In this document: positions 28,400 through 42,933 of the stretch, in pieces | Layout: every line of letters starts with the position of its first letter | How positions within the stretch are numbered: the stretch's first letter is position 1 | The notes under the pieces: model-generated | What the model was told of the DNA's origin: nothing | The model's database searches: none | The model's input: only the letters and a program-made list of their open reading frames with translations | Program-made: the position numbers and the translations under genes | NCBI RefSeq assembly: GCF_009914755.1 | Contig: NC_060937.1 | DNA: 64,000 nt | Source of the DNA: the human T2T-CHM13v2.0 reference genome, Homo sapiens | Direction: 5' to 3' (one strand)

Positions 28400-28479
28400 T
28401 TAGTTTGGTGCAAAAGTAATTGCAGTTTTTTCCATTGAAAGTAATGGCAAAAACCACAGTTATTTTTGCACCAACCTAA
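28400..28479. mobile_element. MADE1 (Hsmar1-derived 80-bp MITE)
   Basis: ttagtttggtgcaaaagtaattgc...ttatttttgcaccaacctaa; 80 bp, TA on both sides. Confidence 0.93.
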
Positions 28480-28760
28480 TAGTTTCTGGACATTTTGATC
28501 ACTGTTCTTAGTTTTTTTTTTTTTTAATTACTAAATGTATATGTCTCTTATTACTGTTATCAGTTCTTAAATTGTTGGTTTGTGCCTTTACTCTTTGCTT
28601 CTTGATTACTCTTGTCAGTTATCAGTTTCATTAGTCTTTGTTACAATAGACTTTGTTAATGTTGTTATTGTATTTTTAGTTTGATTCATTTATTTTTCTT
28701 CTACCTGATTTGAACTCACTGCTTTTTTTCCTCAACTTCTTAGTTCAACTCATTAGTTTT

Positions 28761-29573
28761 ATTTTTTCAAAAATAGGTTTTAAGATATACCAAAGAAACT
28801 ATGCAATACAAAAGTTTAACGATGAAGTTAAAATATATAGCAAAAGCTAAATATGACAATACACATGAATAATGTATATAATAAGCCTTTCAATACTAGA
28901 AAACTAAAATGGGAAGAACTTACTGAAGGGTAACATACATAAAATGGGGACTAATAGCAAGAAACAATCCTAAACATTTTCCCAATGACTGACTAAGCCT
29001 CAAAAAGACAGCTTAGGAAAACGAGTAACATGTAGTTTTTCTTTTCCTAGCCAATTCAGTTCTACTTAGATAAATCTGGTTACCAATCAATACATATATA
29101 AATTAGAGTAATTGTTTTTCTACTGAATTAGTACCAGTTTTTCTTTTTCACCTTTTCCCTAATTTTCTCTAGCAACACTTTTCTTTAATCAGTTGAACTC
29201 AAAAGGTTTGGTACGTAAAATGAATATCAGCTCTTATTGGAATAGCACTTGGGAAGTGCAATTCTAGAAAAGGCAAATGTTTAACCGAGGTTCTTGACAA
29301 AGTTAAGCATCCCATTCTCCATAAGACAGTGACTCCCATGTTAATCACTAGGTTAATGGCTGCTCTTGGCTAGATCACAAGACCCTGCAGGATACTGGAA
29401 TGCTCCCTGGTGAGGTACTGTAGAGCTATGTGAACAAACACCCACCCATTTAAGCTTTCAGTAAATACAAAGCATTTTAAACCATTTCAGTAGAATAAAT
29501 TAAAAATACGGCATTTCTATTGGCCTGCTTTGCTTCTTGAGCTGGCTTGGAGTGCTGTTCATGATATAAAAGA
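28761..29573 (-). pseudogene. Probable retroposed mRNA 3'UTR fragment (non-coding retrocopy)
   Basis: 813 bp of sequence I do not recognise as a repeat, between 28-bp direct repeats (28733-28760 and 29574-29601, one mismatch), with a T-rich left end. Parent gene only tentatively recalled. Confidence 0.7.
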
Positions 29574-30600
29574 CAACTTCTTAATTCAACTCATTAGTTT
29601 TTTTTGTTTTTTTTTCAGTTCTCTTTAAGGCTATCAATTTTTCTTCTAGCACTGATTTAACTATACTCCTATATTTACATAGGAAATATATGTGTATTTA
29701 CATATTTACAAACATAACTTTATATTCAGGTATAAAGGTTTTATACATGGTACTTTCATTATTCAGCTCTAAATATTTTTCAATTAACCTTATGATTACT
29801 TCTTTCCCTATTTTGATTACAGAATATTAGGTTTGTTTTGGTTACGGATTTCTAATTCAGTTACGTTGTGATCAGAGAATTTGGACTGAATGATAGCTGT
29901 ATTTTGAAATTTGTAGAGTCTTTATGGCTTGATATGTATTGGTAAATGTCACATGTATGCTTGAGAAGATACTTGTTCCTATTGGGTTTAAAGTTTTGTA
30001 TAAATTTTCTAGTTTAGGCTTATTATTTTGTAGTCTGTGTTTGATACTTACAAATTCTCAAGTCCTTAGGGGCTTAAAATTTTTTTTAATAATTTTTTTT
30101 AATATTTCTCAATCTTCGTAGCTTGTTTCCTTGTAAGTCTCATGATAGTTTGTTATGATTTCATTTTTCTTGATCTTTCTCTGTGAGAATCCTGGCCACT
30201 TGAATCAGAAATGCTTTTTTGTTTTGTTTTGTTTTTAGAAGGGATATGTGCTTCTTTCTGCCTTGAGCTAGTGGGGGTGCTACTTGACTTACAGTGAGTT
30301 AAAGTGCTGGCTAAGGTTAACTTTGCCCCTTGGCCACCAGCCCAAAGCTGAAACTCTTAGTTGCAGTGTTGTTACTGCCAGAAGCAAACATCTTCTTTGG
30401 AGGGAAATGTAGCCCAAATTGGGGTTCACCCTAGATGCGTACATGGATGACATTGGGAATGTTTCTGAAATTTCTAACAATGTATATTTCTTTTTTTTTT
30501 TTATTTTTGTTTTCTTGGGTCTGATACCATACGTAGAATGGTACAGGGTGTATGTGACAAATCAGACTTTATTTTTTTCTCTCTTCCTATCCCACCTCTA

Positions 30601-30921
<321 letters not shown>

Positions 30922-31473
30922 TAAAGTCAAATTGTGTTGAAATGATACTAAGAGATGTTTTGACAGAGAAAGTAGGTAAAAAAGAGGTCGTCATAAGTGC
31001 TATTTAAAGCTTATCTTTCAGGCTTTTAAAGCAGCTATAGGCAGAATTAGTATTTCTTCTTCCAAGGCAGCTTTCTTGAAACATTGCCCTGTTAAGGGCA
31101 ATGGGCCTTAAGGTAAAGATGTGAATAATTTAGTCAAAAACCTCCCTTGAAATAAAAGAATGGATGAAAAAATGATCCCTAGGAAATCTCCCCTGAAGCC
31201 ACTGGAAATGCTTTTGGAAGTAGTGATGGGGTAGAGAAGGAAATGAATTAAGACTTTAAGTAGATAAAAGAACTATGGAAGATTAAACTATTTCATTTTC
31301 TCTTAATTTTAATCTACTTTGCAATAATGGTGGAACATTGATTGGAACTGAATCACACTCATATATTCCTTTTGGGTGTATGGTTTGTTTCTAGGGTTGA
31401 TGGAGAGTGTGATGCTTATGTTGTTAGGTATACAGATTGAGAAATTTCTTTCTCAAGAGAATTAATAAGATTA

Positions 31474-31806
<333 letters not shown>

Positions 31807-32395
31807 TCAGGTTAAGTGTCTTAAATGGTTTCTAGAGTTAAGAAAAAAAAATTGTTTTAAGTGTTTATCCAGATGTGATTATACTGTAGAGAATTAGTCC
31901 CCTGTCATCCAAACTTTGGAGTCTGATTGATAGACAAGAATGTTATTTAGTATGATCAATAAATTAATAAATTAACACAACCATTTAAATCTGATATTTC
32001 ATATCCGTTGGTATGACTAGTTAGGAGTTTAGATGACAGAGGTATTCGTCTACCTCAGGAGAAGAAGGAATGATGCCTGGATTAATGGCCTGAGAGAATA
32101 TTTCTAGCAGATACTTAATATTGTTTGTTAGAGTTAGACATGCTTACCTGGAGGTGCAATGATACATCTTTCTAAGCCACTAAAATTTTTTAGAGTAATT
32201 TCTTTTGATTTTTTCTTATTACTAATACAAAAGAGAAAATCAGACATTAAAGAAGACTTGGGTGATCAAGATTAATCCTTTTTATTATTTTCATTTGAAA
32301 TTGGTATTTTTTTTACTTTGGAGTTGCTCTTAACAGTAGTTGAAGAAAGATTTAGAAATTAATTCTTGTCTATTTTTGTGGATGTTTTAGATGAC

Positions 32396-32692
<297 letters not shown>

Positions 32693-33294
32693 TAAGATGA
32701 TTTTAGATTCAGGATTTAGGATCTTAGAACCATAACATTTAAAAAATTTTATTATGTATATTTTATCTAGGTCCATTACTTCCCTATGTTTTAACTACAG
32801 AGTATAAGAAACTGAATATTGTAAGCAGAATAATGAAAAAAATCGTTATATTTACTGGTTTACTCATAGAATATTTCTGAATTGTGGAACTACTAACTTA
32901 AGGCTTGATGATTCAAATTAAGAAGTGACAAGAGATTCTGTAAAATCTGTGGGTTTCTCAGGAGGATCTAATAAATAATACCTCCTTTCTACCTTGCTTT
33001 TGAACCAGTTAACAAGTACAAGAGTGGCATATGTGGGCCAAAATAACTTTATTACTGATTAAAATGTATTTTGAAGATGTGGCTTAGTGGGACAGCCAAA
33101 TGGACGCATTAACTGAACCACAGAACATGTAGGCTTGTACACTCACTCGTAGAAGTGCCAATCCGGTGAGGAGGCTGAATAAGTGCCCCCTCCCTCATGT
33201 TCCCTAGCTAGGCTAGATCTCAAGAGGAAGATGAGTGAGGCTGAGGCCAATATACAGTATTTTCTTCGCAATCAGGTAACTCATTCCATAAGTG

Positions 33295-33754
33295 GGTATA
33301 GTAGTTATCTGAGGCTGCTGTAACAAATTACCACAAACTTGGTGGCTATAAAACAATGGAAATTTATTTTCTCACAGTTTTGTAGGCCAGAAGTTTAAAA
33401 TTAAAGTGTCAGCAGGGTTGGTTCCTTTTGGAGGCTCTGAGGGAGTATCAGTTTCATGCTTCTCACCTAGCTTTTGGTAGCTGTAGCAGTCCTTGGCCTT
33501 TTTTGGCTTGTAGATGCATAACTTTAATTTCTGCCTTCATTTTCAAATGGTCTTTATACTCTGTCTGTGTTTGTTTCCCCTTCTCTTCTAAGGACACTCG
33601 TCATTGGCTTTAGGGCCCACTGTAATTCACAGTGTTCTCATCTTTAGATCCTTACCTTAATTACATCTGAAAAGAGCCTTGTTCCCAAACGAGGTCATAT
33701 TTATAGGTTCTAGGTGGACTTGTCTTTTGGTGGAGCCACTATTTAACCCACTAA
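33295..33754 (-). mobile_element. MaLR LTR, MLT1C-like
   Basis: ggctgctgtaacaaattaccacaaacttggtggctataaaacaa. Confidence 0.85.
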
Positions 33755-34342
33755 AAGAGGTGGAGAGGCCAGGAGTTGGATTAATTAAATAAGTAAACTT
33801 GCTGCTTGCTTGGAAATCGGCATTTGGGGGCAGGTGTTCCTCCTTATCCTTCATTCCCCAGATCTTTGTTCTCATAGTCAACCAGATGTAGGAGATCACC
33901 AAAATAGTCCTATTCCTGCCCTGTGTTTGCATCAATGGCATTGTCTTCAATTTGTGTTCCTTTGACAGAATCTTTTAAAGTGACATGTCCACTTTGTGAG
34001 CAATAGTGAGTAAAACTAGGTAATGTAATGCATGTGTCCATTTAACTGTACAAAGAAAAGGCAGTTTGTCACAACACATTGAAAGCAAACAAGAGAAGGT
34101 GTCATGTCAACACCCAGGGGACGTAGAACTCCCAAAATTCCATGAAGATGCCTAGTGACCTGTGTTGTATGGATTGAATAAGGGTGCCATGGTTGCTCCA
34201 GATATCGAATATTGGTAAAGTTGGATTTTTTTGACTACTAAACATTAAATAAAAGCAAATGTTTCCCTCCTACATTTGAATGGAAGTGCGGTGCCTAGGA
34301 TGCATGAGTCTCATTTTGGAACATGTAGGCCTAGATCATCAC

Positions 34343-34513
34343 CAACTGTGTGATGGTTTTTTTGCAATGATGAAAGTGGTCTAACTCTGTGCTCTCCATA
34401 TATAGAACACTTGAAATATGGCTAGTACGATTGAACAATTTTTAATTTCACTTAATTTTAAGTGAAAATTTAAATAGCTACATGTGGCTGGAGGATTGTA
34501 TTGGACAGCATAG
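34343..34513. mobile_element. MER3-like hAT-Charlie MITE
   Basis: cacttgaaatatggctagt...tttaaatagctacatgtggct...gtattggacagc. Confidence 0.75.
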
Positions 34514-35173
34514 GCTAGATATTTGTCAATGCCTAGGCTAAAAATATGGGATACCAAAATAAACAGAATTATGAGCTATAATAACCATAACATGCCTGTG
34601 ATTTAATTTAAATGTCCTTATTTTAATGGCATTAACAAAAGCCAAATAAAAAGTTCATCCTGAATTAGCAGCTTATCTATACTTGTTAACAGTTTCGGAC
34701 TTGCTTCAACTTGGAATTTTTTTTCGTAAGTGAAAATTAGATGAAATTTTAGATTATCTTTTCCAATTATGTTCTCTAGGCCTAAATTTATAATAACAAA
34801 ATTACTCCTTTTTTAGGCAAAATACTGATAAATATGGAGTAGAAATTTTTCAACTTAGGAACATGCTTGCTTAGGAAATGTAGTGTAAATATTTGTCTAT
34901 CATTTCACATTTCTCTTTGCTGAAAATATAAATTAATATGCACAGAAAGATTTTACTTAAAAGCCTATTTTTAAAACAGCCTTTTTCCCCTAAGGTATGA
35001 TACTACTTAAAGATGTAGAAGTTGCCACTTTAGTTAAATTTACTTTTCAGACACGTAAGCAGATTTTACTGTTATTTCTCAACTTTGCTCTAAGTATATT
35101 TGTTTTATTTTTATCTTTGATTGAAATTTGGCCAACACATATAATACAGCATTAGATTTAATATCGAAGTTAA

Positions 35174-35644
<471 letters not shown>

Positions 35645-36075
35645 TAAATTTGATTCACTTAAAAAAACTGCAAAGTTCTTTATTTTCAAGGTGTCCCTTA
35701 ATGTAAAAGGAGGGAGAAGTGGGATTTATGGGTATGATTTAGAGTGCATAAGACTAACAACAGCAATAAATATACCTTTCATCCAGAAATATAACTGTTT
35801 TCCTAGGGTTTTCTTTTCTCATTACCTTCTGAAAATGAATTCAGAATTATTAAAACAAAATTGTTCTTCAGGAGACCTTTTTGAAGTTTTCTCTTTTAAT
35901 ACCAAAACAAAGAAAAAACTTGATAATATATAATTTCAGTTTCAATCTTAATTGAAGTTATTATAAATCATAAAGCATGACTATTAAGGAAAAGAGAAAC
36001 ACTATAAATGAAAACACAGCCCTGAATAGAGTTTCATGACTAGAAAGTGATTTTTATTCTTTTCTGTTTTGACAG

Positions 36076-36236
36076 CTCGAAGGTCCATGTGTTTTGCAAA
36101 TTCAAAAAATTCGCAATGTTGCTGCACCAAAGGATAATGAAGAATCTCAGGCTGCACCAAGGATGCTGCGATTACAGATGACTGATGGTCATATAAGTTG
36201 CACAGCAGTAGAATTTAGTTATATGTCAAAAATAAG
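36076..36236 (+). CDS. TDRD3: TDRD3 coding exon (inferred exon 4), 161 nt, phase 0 to 2: [53 protein letters not shown]
   Basis: Acceptor tttctgttttgacag|CTC and donor AAG|gtgatt. Contains the RMI1/TDRD3 OB-fold motif [10 protein letters not shown] and an internal ATG at 36163. Confidence 0.96.
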
Positions 36237-36345
36237 GTGATTGGCACTTTATTTTGTGTATTTGTTACAGAATGTTGAAGGTGCTATTCAATTGGAATAA
36301 CTTAAGAATTTTGAAAAGTAGGAATGGACCCTTAATTGTGTGTTA

Positions 36346-36737
<392 letters not shown>

Positions 36738-38367
36738 TTAAGTATATAGTTACTTCTTGATTGAATGTTAATTATAAAATGAAAGTAATCTTTTCAGTTT
36801 TGTCAGATACTTTAGGTCACTCAATTGTTAGAACAAACAGAATTTTTAAAAATACGGTTTCATCCTTGACAGTTCAGTAGTTGTGTGTATAATAGTGTGT
36901 TCATCACACTGTTTAATGTTCTTGCAGAGTTTTATAGGCTAATAAATTTTCCTAGGAAATGATTGAAGTCAGGGAGGTTTGTGATTGACTTTAGTCATTT
37001 CCTAGGAAATCATTGGGAATGATTTTCCAAACCCTTTGTTTGGTTATTTTAATAAGAATCTTTTAGAGCCATGCCCAATGGAATGGACGAAAACAATGAG
37101 AAGGAAGGGAAATTGTCCCCTCTATTCTTGATATTTCCATTTGGCCATTCTGAGCTCTGTTTTCTGAGGTGGAAACTTTCACTAGACATTTGCAGCCCTC
37201 CTCCCACCTGCCTTTTTTGGTCTTCTTTGTCATTTTATACACTCACGTTTGCAGCTCGGGCTCCTCTAAGCTTTTTCACTTAATATAAACTTGTATACCA
37301 TACTTTTCTCTTGAGCAGGCATTTATCAGGTGTTCCAGCCCTTTAATCCAGTGCTGGAGGTACAAAGGTAAATGAGGTTTAGATTTCAGCCTCTTAGTAG
37401 CTCATATGCTAATTAAGTAGGCACGTAGGCATACAAATATTGTAAGACATATATAAACTGAGAGGTCTAAGAGTCTCAAAAATTACTTCTGCCTGGGGTA
37501 ACCAGGAGTGGGGTTAAAATATGAGTAGGTATTTTAAGGTGCAGGGAGGGAATAGCACATGCAGAGACACAGTGTTCTGACAACAGAAAGAGTGAGAAGT
37601 TACATTTGGTGGAGCTTAGGTGATTTAGAACAGTGGGTATGCGAGAGGAAATGTGGTAGGTTGAGGCCTTGTATGACCTTTTCAGTGATTTCCCTTCTTT
37701 TTTCTTCTTTCATCTGGTGTCTGCCTCTGGTAAATGAGGCCCCCTCCTCAGAAGATATGTTTGTCGAAAATGTTGATTTCTATATACAAAGGGAGATTTG
37801 TTGACATTGTGATTATATTCTCTTCTTTTTGAAGAGTAGGATTCGTACTTTTGTGTAGAAACAGCTTTTCAAATTCCTATGACGAATTCAGTCACACCCC
37901 TTGCAAGGGAGCTCACAGATGACTGAGAAGAAAGACTTGCCATGTAATGGCTCATTCTCTGATTTTATGGCTGTATATTTCTCTGAGGAATAAAAACACA
38001 AGGTCAGCCCTGAGTGTCACTGCCCAATCTGCCCAGTGCTGTCTACTGTCATCCCTTGTTGAATTTATTGCAGCTTGAAAACTGAAAAAATTAATCGTCG
38101 TATGCTCTTCACTCATCATTGAAGCAGCATGCCTACTTTTGGTGCCGTAAAAATGGCAGCTGACAAAATAGTTCTTACAGGTAAACAATTTGGAAGACAT
38201 TATACAAAATAAGTTTATAGTTATCTTAGAAGGAAGGTGAAACAACTCTCTAGATGGGATAAACCAGGTGCTAATACGGATGTGTTACCTTACATGGGCT
38301 TTGCATTTCTCTGCGGTGCTTGTTTCTACTTTTCTGTCCTACCTCCTGCCCTGCCCCTTGCTAGTTT

Positions 38368-38388
38368 TTATTATTATTATTATTATTA
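38368..38388. repeat. (TTA)7 microsatellite
   Basis: Read directly from the sequence. Confidence 0.9.
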
Positions 38389-38800
38389 CAATGAAGTGAG
38401 ATTAAAGGAACCTTTGGGTGCCAATGAAAATATTAACCAAAATATACTTTCTGAATAAGAATTAATTATGGTTCTGAAGGTGATAGTAAAAATTGTATTA
38501 AAATTTTAGTCCCTGAGTAAAAAGAACAAAGCTGGAGGTATCACGTTACTTGATTTCAAACTACACTACAAATCTATAGTAACCAAAACAGCATGGTACT
38601 GGCATAAAAACAGACACATAGACCAATGGAACAGAATAGAGAACCCAGAAATAAATCCACATACTTATAGCCAACTCACTTTCAACAAAGGCATCAAGAA
38701 CATACATTGGCAAAAGGATAGTCTCTTTAATAAATGCTGCTAGGAAAACTAGCATATGTAGAAGAATGAAATTCCCGTCTCTCACCATATACAAAAATCA

Positions 38801-39100
<300 letters not shown>

Positions 39101-39537
39101 TTACTAGAAGAAAACATTGGGGAAATGCTTCAAGACATTGGTCTGGGCAAAAATTTTTTGGATAAGACCTCAAAAACATAGGCAACATAAGTAAAAATAG
39201 AAAATTGGGATTAAATCAAACTAAAAAGCTTCTGCACAGCAGGGGAAACAATGAACAAAGTGAGGAGACTACCTACAGAATGGGAGGAAATATTTGCAAA
39301 CTATCCATTTGACAAGGGATTAATATCCAGAATATATAAGGAGCTCAAATAATAGCAAAAAACAAAAAAACAAAAAATCCAATTAAAAATTGATAAAAGA
39401 CCTGAATAGACATTTCTCAAAAGAAGACATACACATGGCCAACAGGCATATGAAAAAATGCTCAGCATCACTAAAACTACAATGAGAGATCATCTCACAC
39501 AGTTAGAATGCCTATTATCAAAAAGACAGAAGATAAC

Positions 39538-39944
39538 TGCTATAGTTTGGATATTTGACCCTCTAAACCCTATATTGGAATTTGATCCCCAGTGTTGGAG
39601 GTGGGGCCTAGTGGGAAGTATTTAGGTCATGGAGGGGCAGAGCCCTCATTAATGGCTTGGTGCCATCCTTGCAGTGAGTGAGTTCTTTATTACTTCCTGT
39701 GGGCGCTGGTTGTTAAAAAGAGCCTGGCACCTCCCTCTTTTCTCTTTTGCTGCTCTTTTCATGTGATCTGCATATACCCCTTTGCCTTCTGCCATGAGTG
39801 GAAGCAACCTGAAACCCTCACCAGAATTGGATGCTGATGCCATGCTGCTTGTACAGTCTGCAGAACTATGAGCCAAATAAACCTTTCTTTATAAATTACC
39901 CAGCCTCAGGTATTCCTTTATAGCAACACAAATAGACTAAGACA
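39538..39944 (+). mobile_element. MaLR solo LTR, MSTB-like
   Basis: tgctatagtttggatatttg...aatagactaagaca; TG...CA ends; 5-bp TSD ataac/atagc. Confidence 0.9.
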
Positions 39945-42201
39945 ATAGCAAATGCTGTTGAGGATGCAGAGAAAGGGGAATGCTCAAACACCACTGATCG
40001 GAATGTAAATTAGTGCAACCACCATGGAAAACGGTATGGCGGTTCCTAAGGAAACTAAAAATAGAAATACCATATGATACAGCAGTCTGACTGCTGGATA
40101 TATATTCAAAAGAAAGGAAGTCAGCATATTGAGGAAGCATCTGCACTCCCATTTTTATTGTAGCACTATTCACAATACCCACGATATGGAATCAACCTAA
40201 GTGTGCATCATTGGTTGAATGGATAAAGAAAACATATGTATGTATGTATATGTGTGTGTATACACATACACACACACACATACACACACACACACATACA
40301 CTGGAATATTATTCCGCCATAAAAAAGAATGAAATCTTGTCATTTGCAACAACAGGGATAGAACTGGAGAGCATTGTATTAAGTGAAATAAACCAGGCAC
40401 AGAAAGACAAATATTGCATGTTCTCATTCATGTGGGAACTAAAAAAAATTGATCTCCTGGAGATAGTAAAATGGCAGCCAGGAAGGATAGTGGGGAGTGA
40501 GTGATAAGGAGGGGTTGGTTAATGGGTACAAAAATACAGTTAGATAGAAGGAATAAGATTTAGTGTTCAGTGGCATAATAGGGTGACTATAGTTAACAGT
40601 AATTTATTGAATATTTCAAAATAATTAAAAGAGTAGATTCATAATGTTCTCGCAAAGAAAAGATAAATGTTTGAGGTAATAGATATCTCATTTTTACCCT
40701 GATTTGATCATTACACATTGTATATATGTGTCAAAATATCACACATACCCCCAAAATATGTATAATTATGACAACACAAAAATAAAAATTTAGCCCCTAA
40801 TTCCTTTTGTGGGAATAGAACTTGAATTTAATCTGGTCAGACTATCAATTGTTTCAGTGAAATTGTAGGTCCAGCTTCAAATAACTTGACTACATAGGTC
40901 TTAGGTAAATGATCTAATTCATTAGCAATTTCTTTGGAGGTAAAGAGTACAGTAGCCTGGTGTCCTTGGTGCTTATTTTTATTTATCCTTGTACAATGAC
41001 TGTCAGAGTTATGAAAATCTGAATTTGCTGATTGTCTGGAATTGGGAACGCTTCTTCACTATTGTAATTGTATTCAGCTGTTGCTGATCTTGAACGGTAA
41101 TAGATGGTTACTACATTTACCACCACAGCTCTCTACTTAAGGGTTAGGTTAGGTAAGGCTGTTCATGACCATTTGTTTTGTCAGTTGTGATTGATCACTA
41201 AAAATGATTAAGCTTGGGGCCCTCAAAATAATTTTTTAATTGCTTTATTGAGATAGCATTGGTGTATAAAAATTGTATATATGCAAAATGTACAGAATAA
41301 TTTTTAATATATAATCTATCTTACTCTGTATGGGCTCTTTGAAGCTTTAAAATCAGACATCCTCTATTTCTTCTTAATAATTATTTTATTAATTATCTTT
41401 CTCCAAAAAAGGCCAGTGATATTAGCATTCTTACTGGTTTGCTCTTGCATATATTAGCATGTGGTGAATTTTATGAGGTTTTAAGATGTGAACAATGCAA
41501 AGCCATTTCAGAATAATTTTCTAATTTATCCTAAGTATTTACCTTAGAAGTACTATTTGCAGTACTTCTTGCTGTATGTGAGAAGAGATGGGGTGGGGCT
41601 TGGTGTGTATGCTTTTATTTTAGAACAGACCTAAGTGACAGCATGGATTTCTTTCCTTGTTTTCCTTTGCCAGAGGGTTAAGAGGGTAAACATTTTGTCT
41701 CTGGTTTTCTATAAGAAGAGTCATGGTGTAATGTTTGCCCCAAATCTGATAGCCTACTATAGAAATGTTCTTTTAAAGTTAGTATATAAATAGCTTAAAA
41801 ATTAGCATATAAAAATCCTTTTAAAGTTAGTGCATAAATAACTTTCATTTGATCTTTGACTTGATGGTGAACAAAAAAAGAGCATTATTTTGTATAAATC
41901 ACTATGGCTCATATAGATGTTAAATTTTTAGGTTTATTACTGGTCAGATATCTTCTGTATTGAAATTCAACTTTGTAACAAAAAAACAGTATTTTTTCTG
42001 TGCACAGCTAAAGCTCAGAGGGAAAAAATGTCAAATCTTATATAGCATAGCATAGTTGAAAAAGTATTTTATATTTTTATTCTATTTATCATGTCTTTAT
42101 CACAGCTTAGTGACATGTGGTTATTGTCCACCTTTTTTTTTCTTTTGCAAGTGAAGACTAAACCTCATTTCTTTGTCATTGAGATAGAAAATGACAATCT
42201 T

Positions 42202-42507
42202 GGCCAGGTACAGTGGCTCACGCATATAATCCTAGCACTTTAGGAGGCTGAGGCAGGTGGATCACCTGAGGTCATGAGTTGGAGACCACCCTGGCCAACA
42301 TAGTGAAACCCTGTCTCTCCTGAAAATACAAAAATTAGCTGGTCGTGGGGGCGCATGCCTGTAATCCCAGCTACTCGAAAGGCTGAGACAGGAGAATCAC
42401 TTGAACTTGGGAGACAGAGGTTTCAGTGAGTCAAAATTGTGCCACTGCCCACTGCACTTGAGGAGCTTGGGTGACGGAGGCTCTGTCTTTTAAAAAAAAA
42501 AAAAAAA
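42202..42507 (+). mobile_element. Alu SINE (AluS-like)
   Basis: Full Alu with A tail; aatctt flanks. Confidence 0.92.
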
Positions 42508-42667
42508 TCTTGTTCCTGGTCTTCTCACTTCCTCTCTGGTGGTCTATTCATATGATATAGTCAGCCTCCTGAAAAATTAGTTTTGGTGTTAGTGCATTTT
42601 GAAGAACCTGATTAGGTCATAATATAAGACTGAATTCCAGTTTTGGGAAAGAGCTTCAAATGTGTGT

Positions 42668-42894
42668 GTGTTTTTTTGTTTTTTTGTTTTAAGTTTCAGG
42701 GTACATGTGTAGGATGTGCAGATTTGTTACATAGGTGATATGTGCCATGGTGGTTTTCTGCACCTATCAACCCATCACCTAGCTATTAAGCCCAGCATGC
42801 ATTAGCTGTTTTTCCTAATGCTCTCCCTCCCACTACCCCACTGCCTGACAGGCCCCGGTCTGTGTTGTTTCCCGCCCTGTGTCCATGTGTTCTC
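42668..42894 (-). mobile_element. Very short 5'-truncated L1PA 3' end
   Basis: ggtacatgtgtaggatgtgcagatttgttacataggt...gtccatgtgttctc; TSD agcttcaa(a/ta)tgt. Confidence 0.9.
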
Positions 42895-42933
42895 AGCTTC
42901 AATATGTTTTTAACACTTTTCTCTTTGCTTTAG

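Noticed and set aside
31082-31103. 9-bp perfect hairpin cattgccct-gtta-agggcaatg
   Set aside because: Short enough to arise by chance in 64 kb and has no supporting context.
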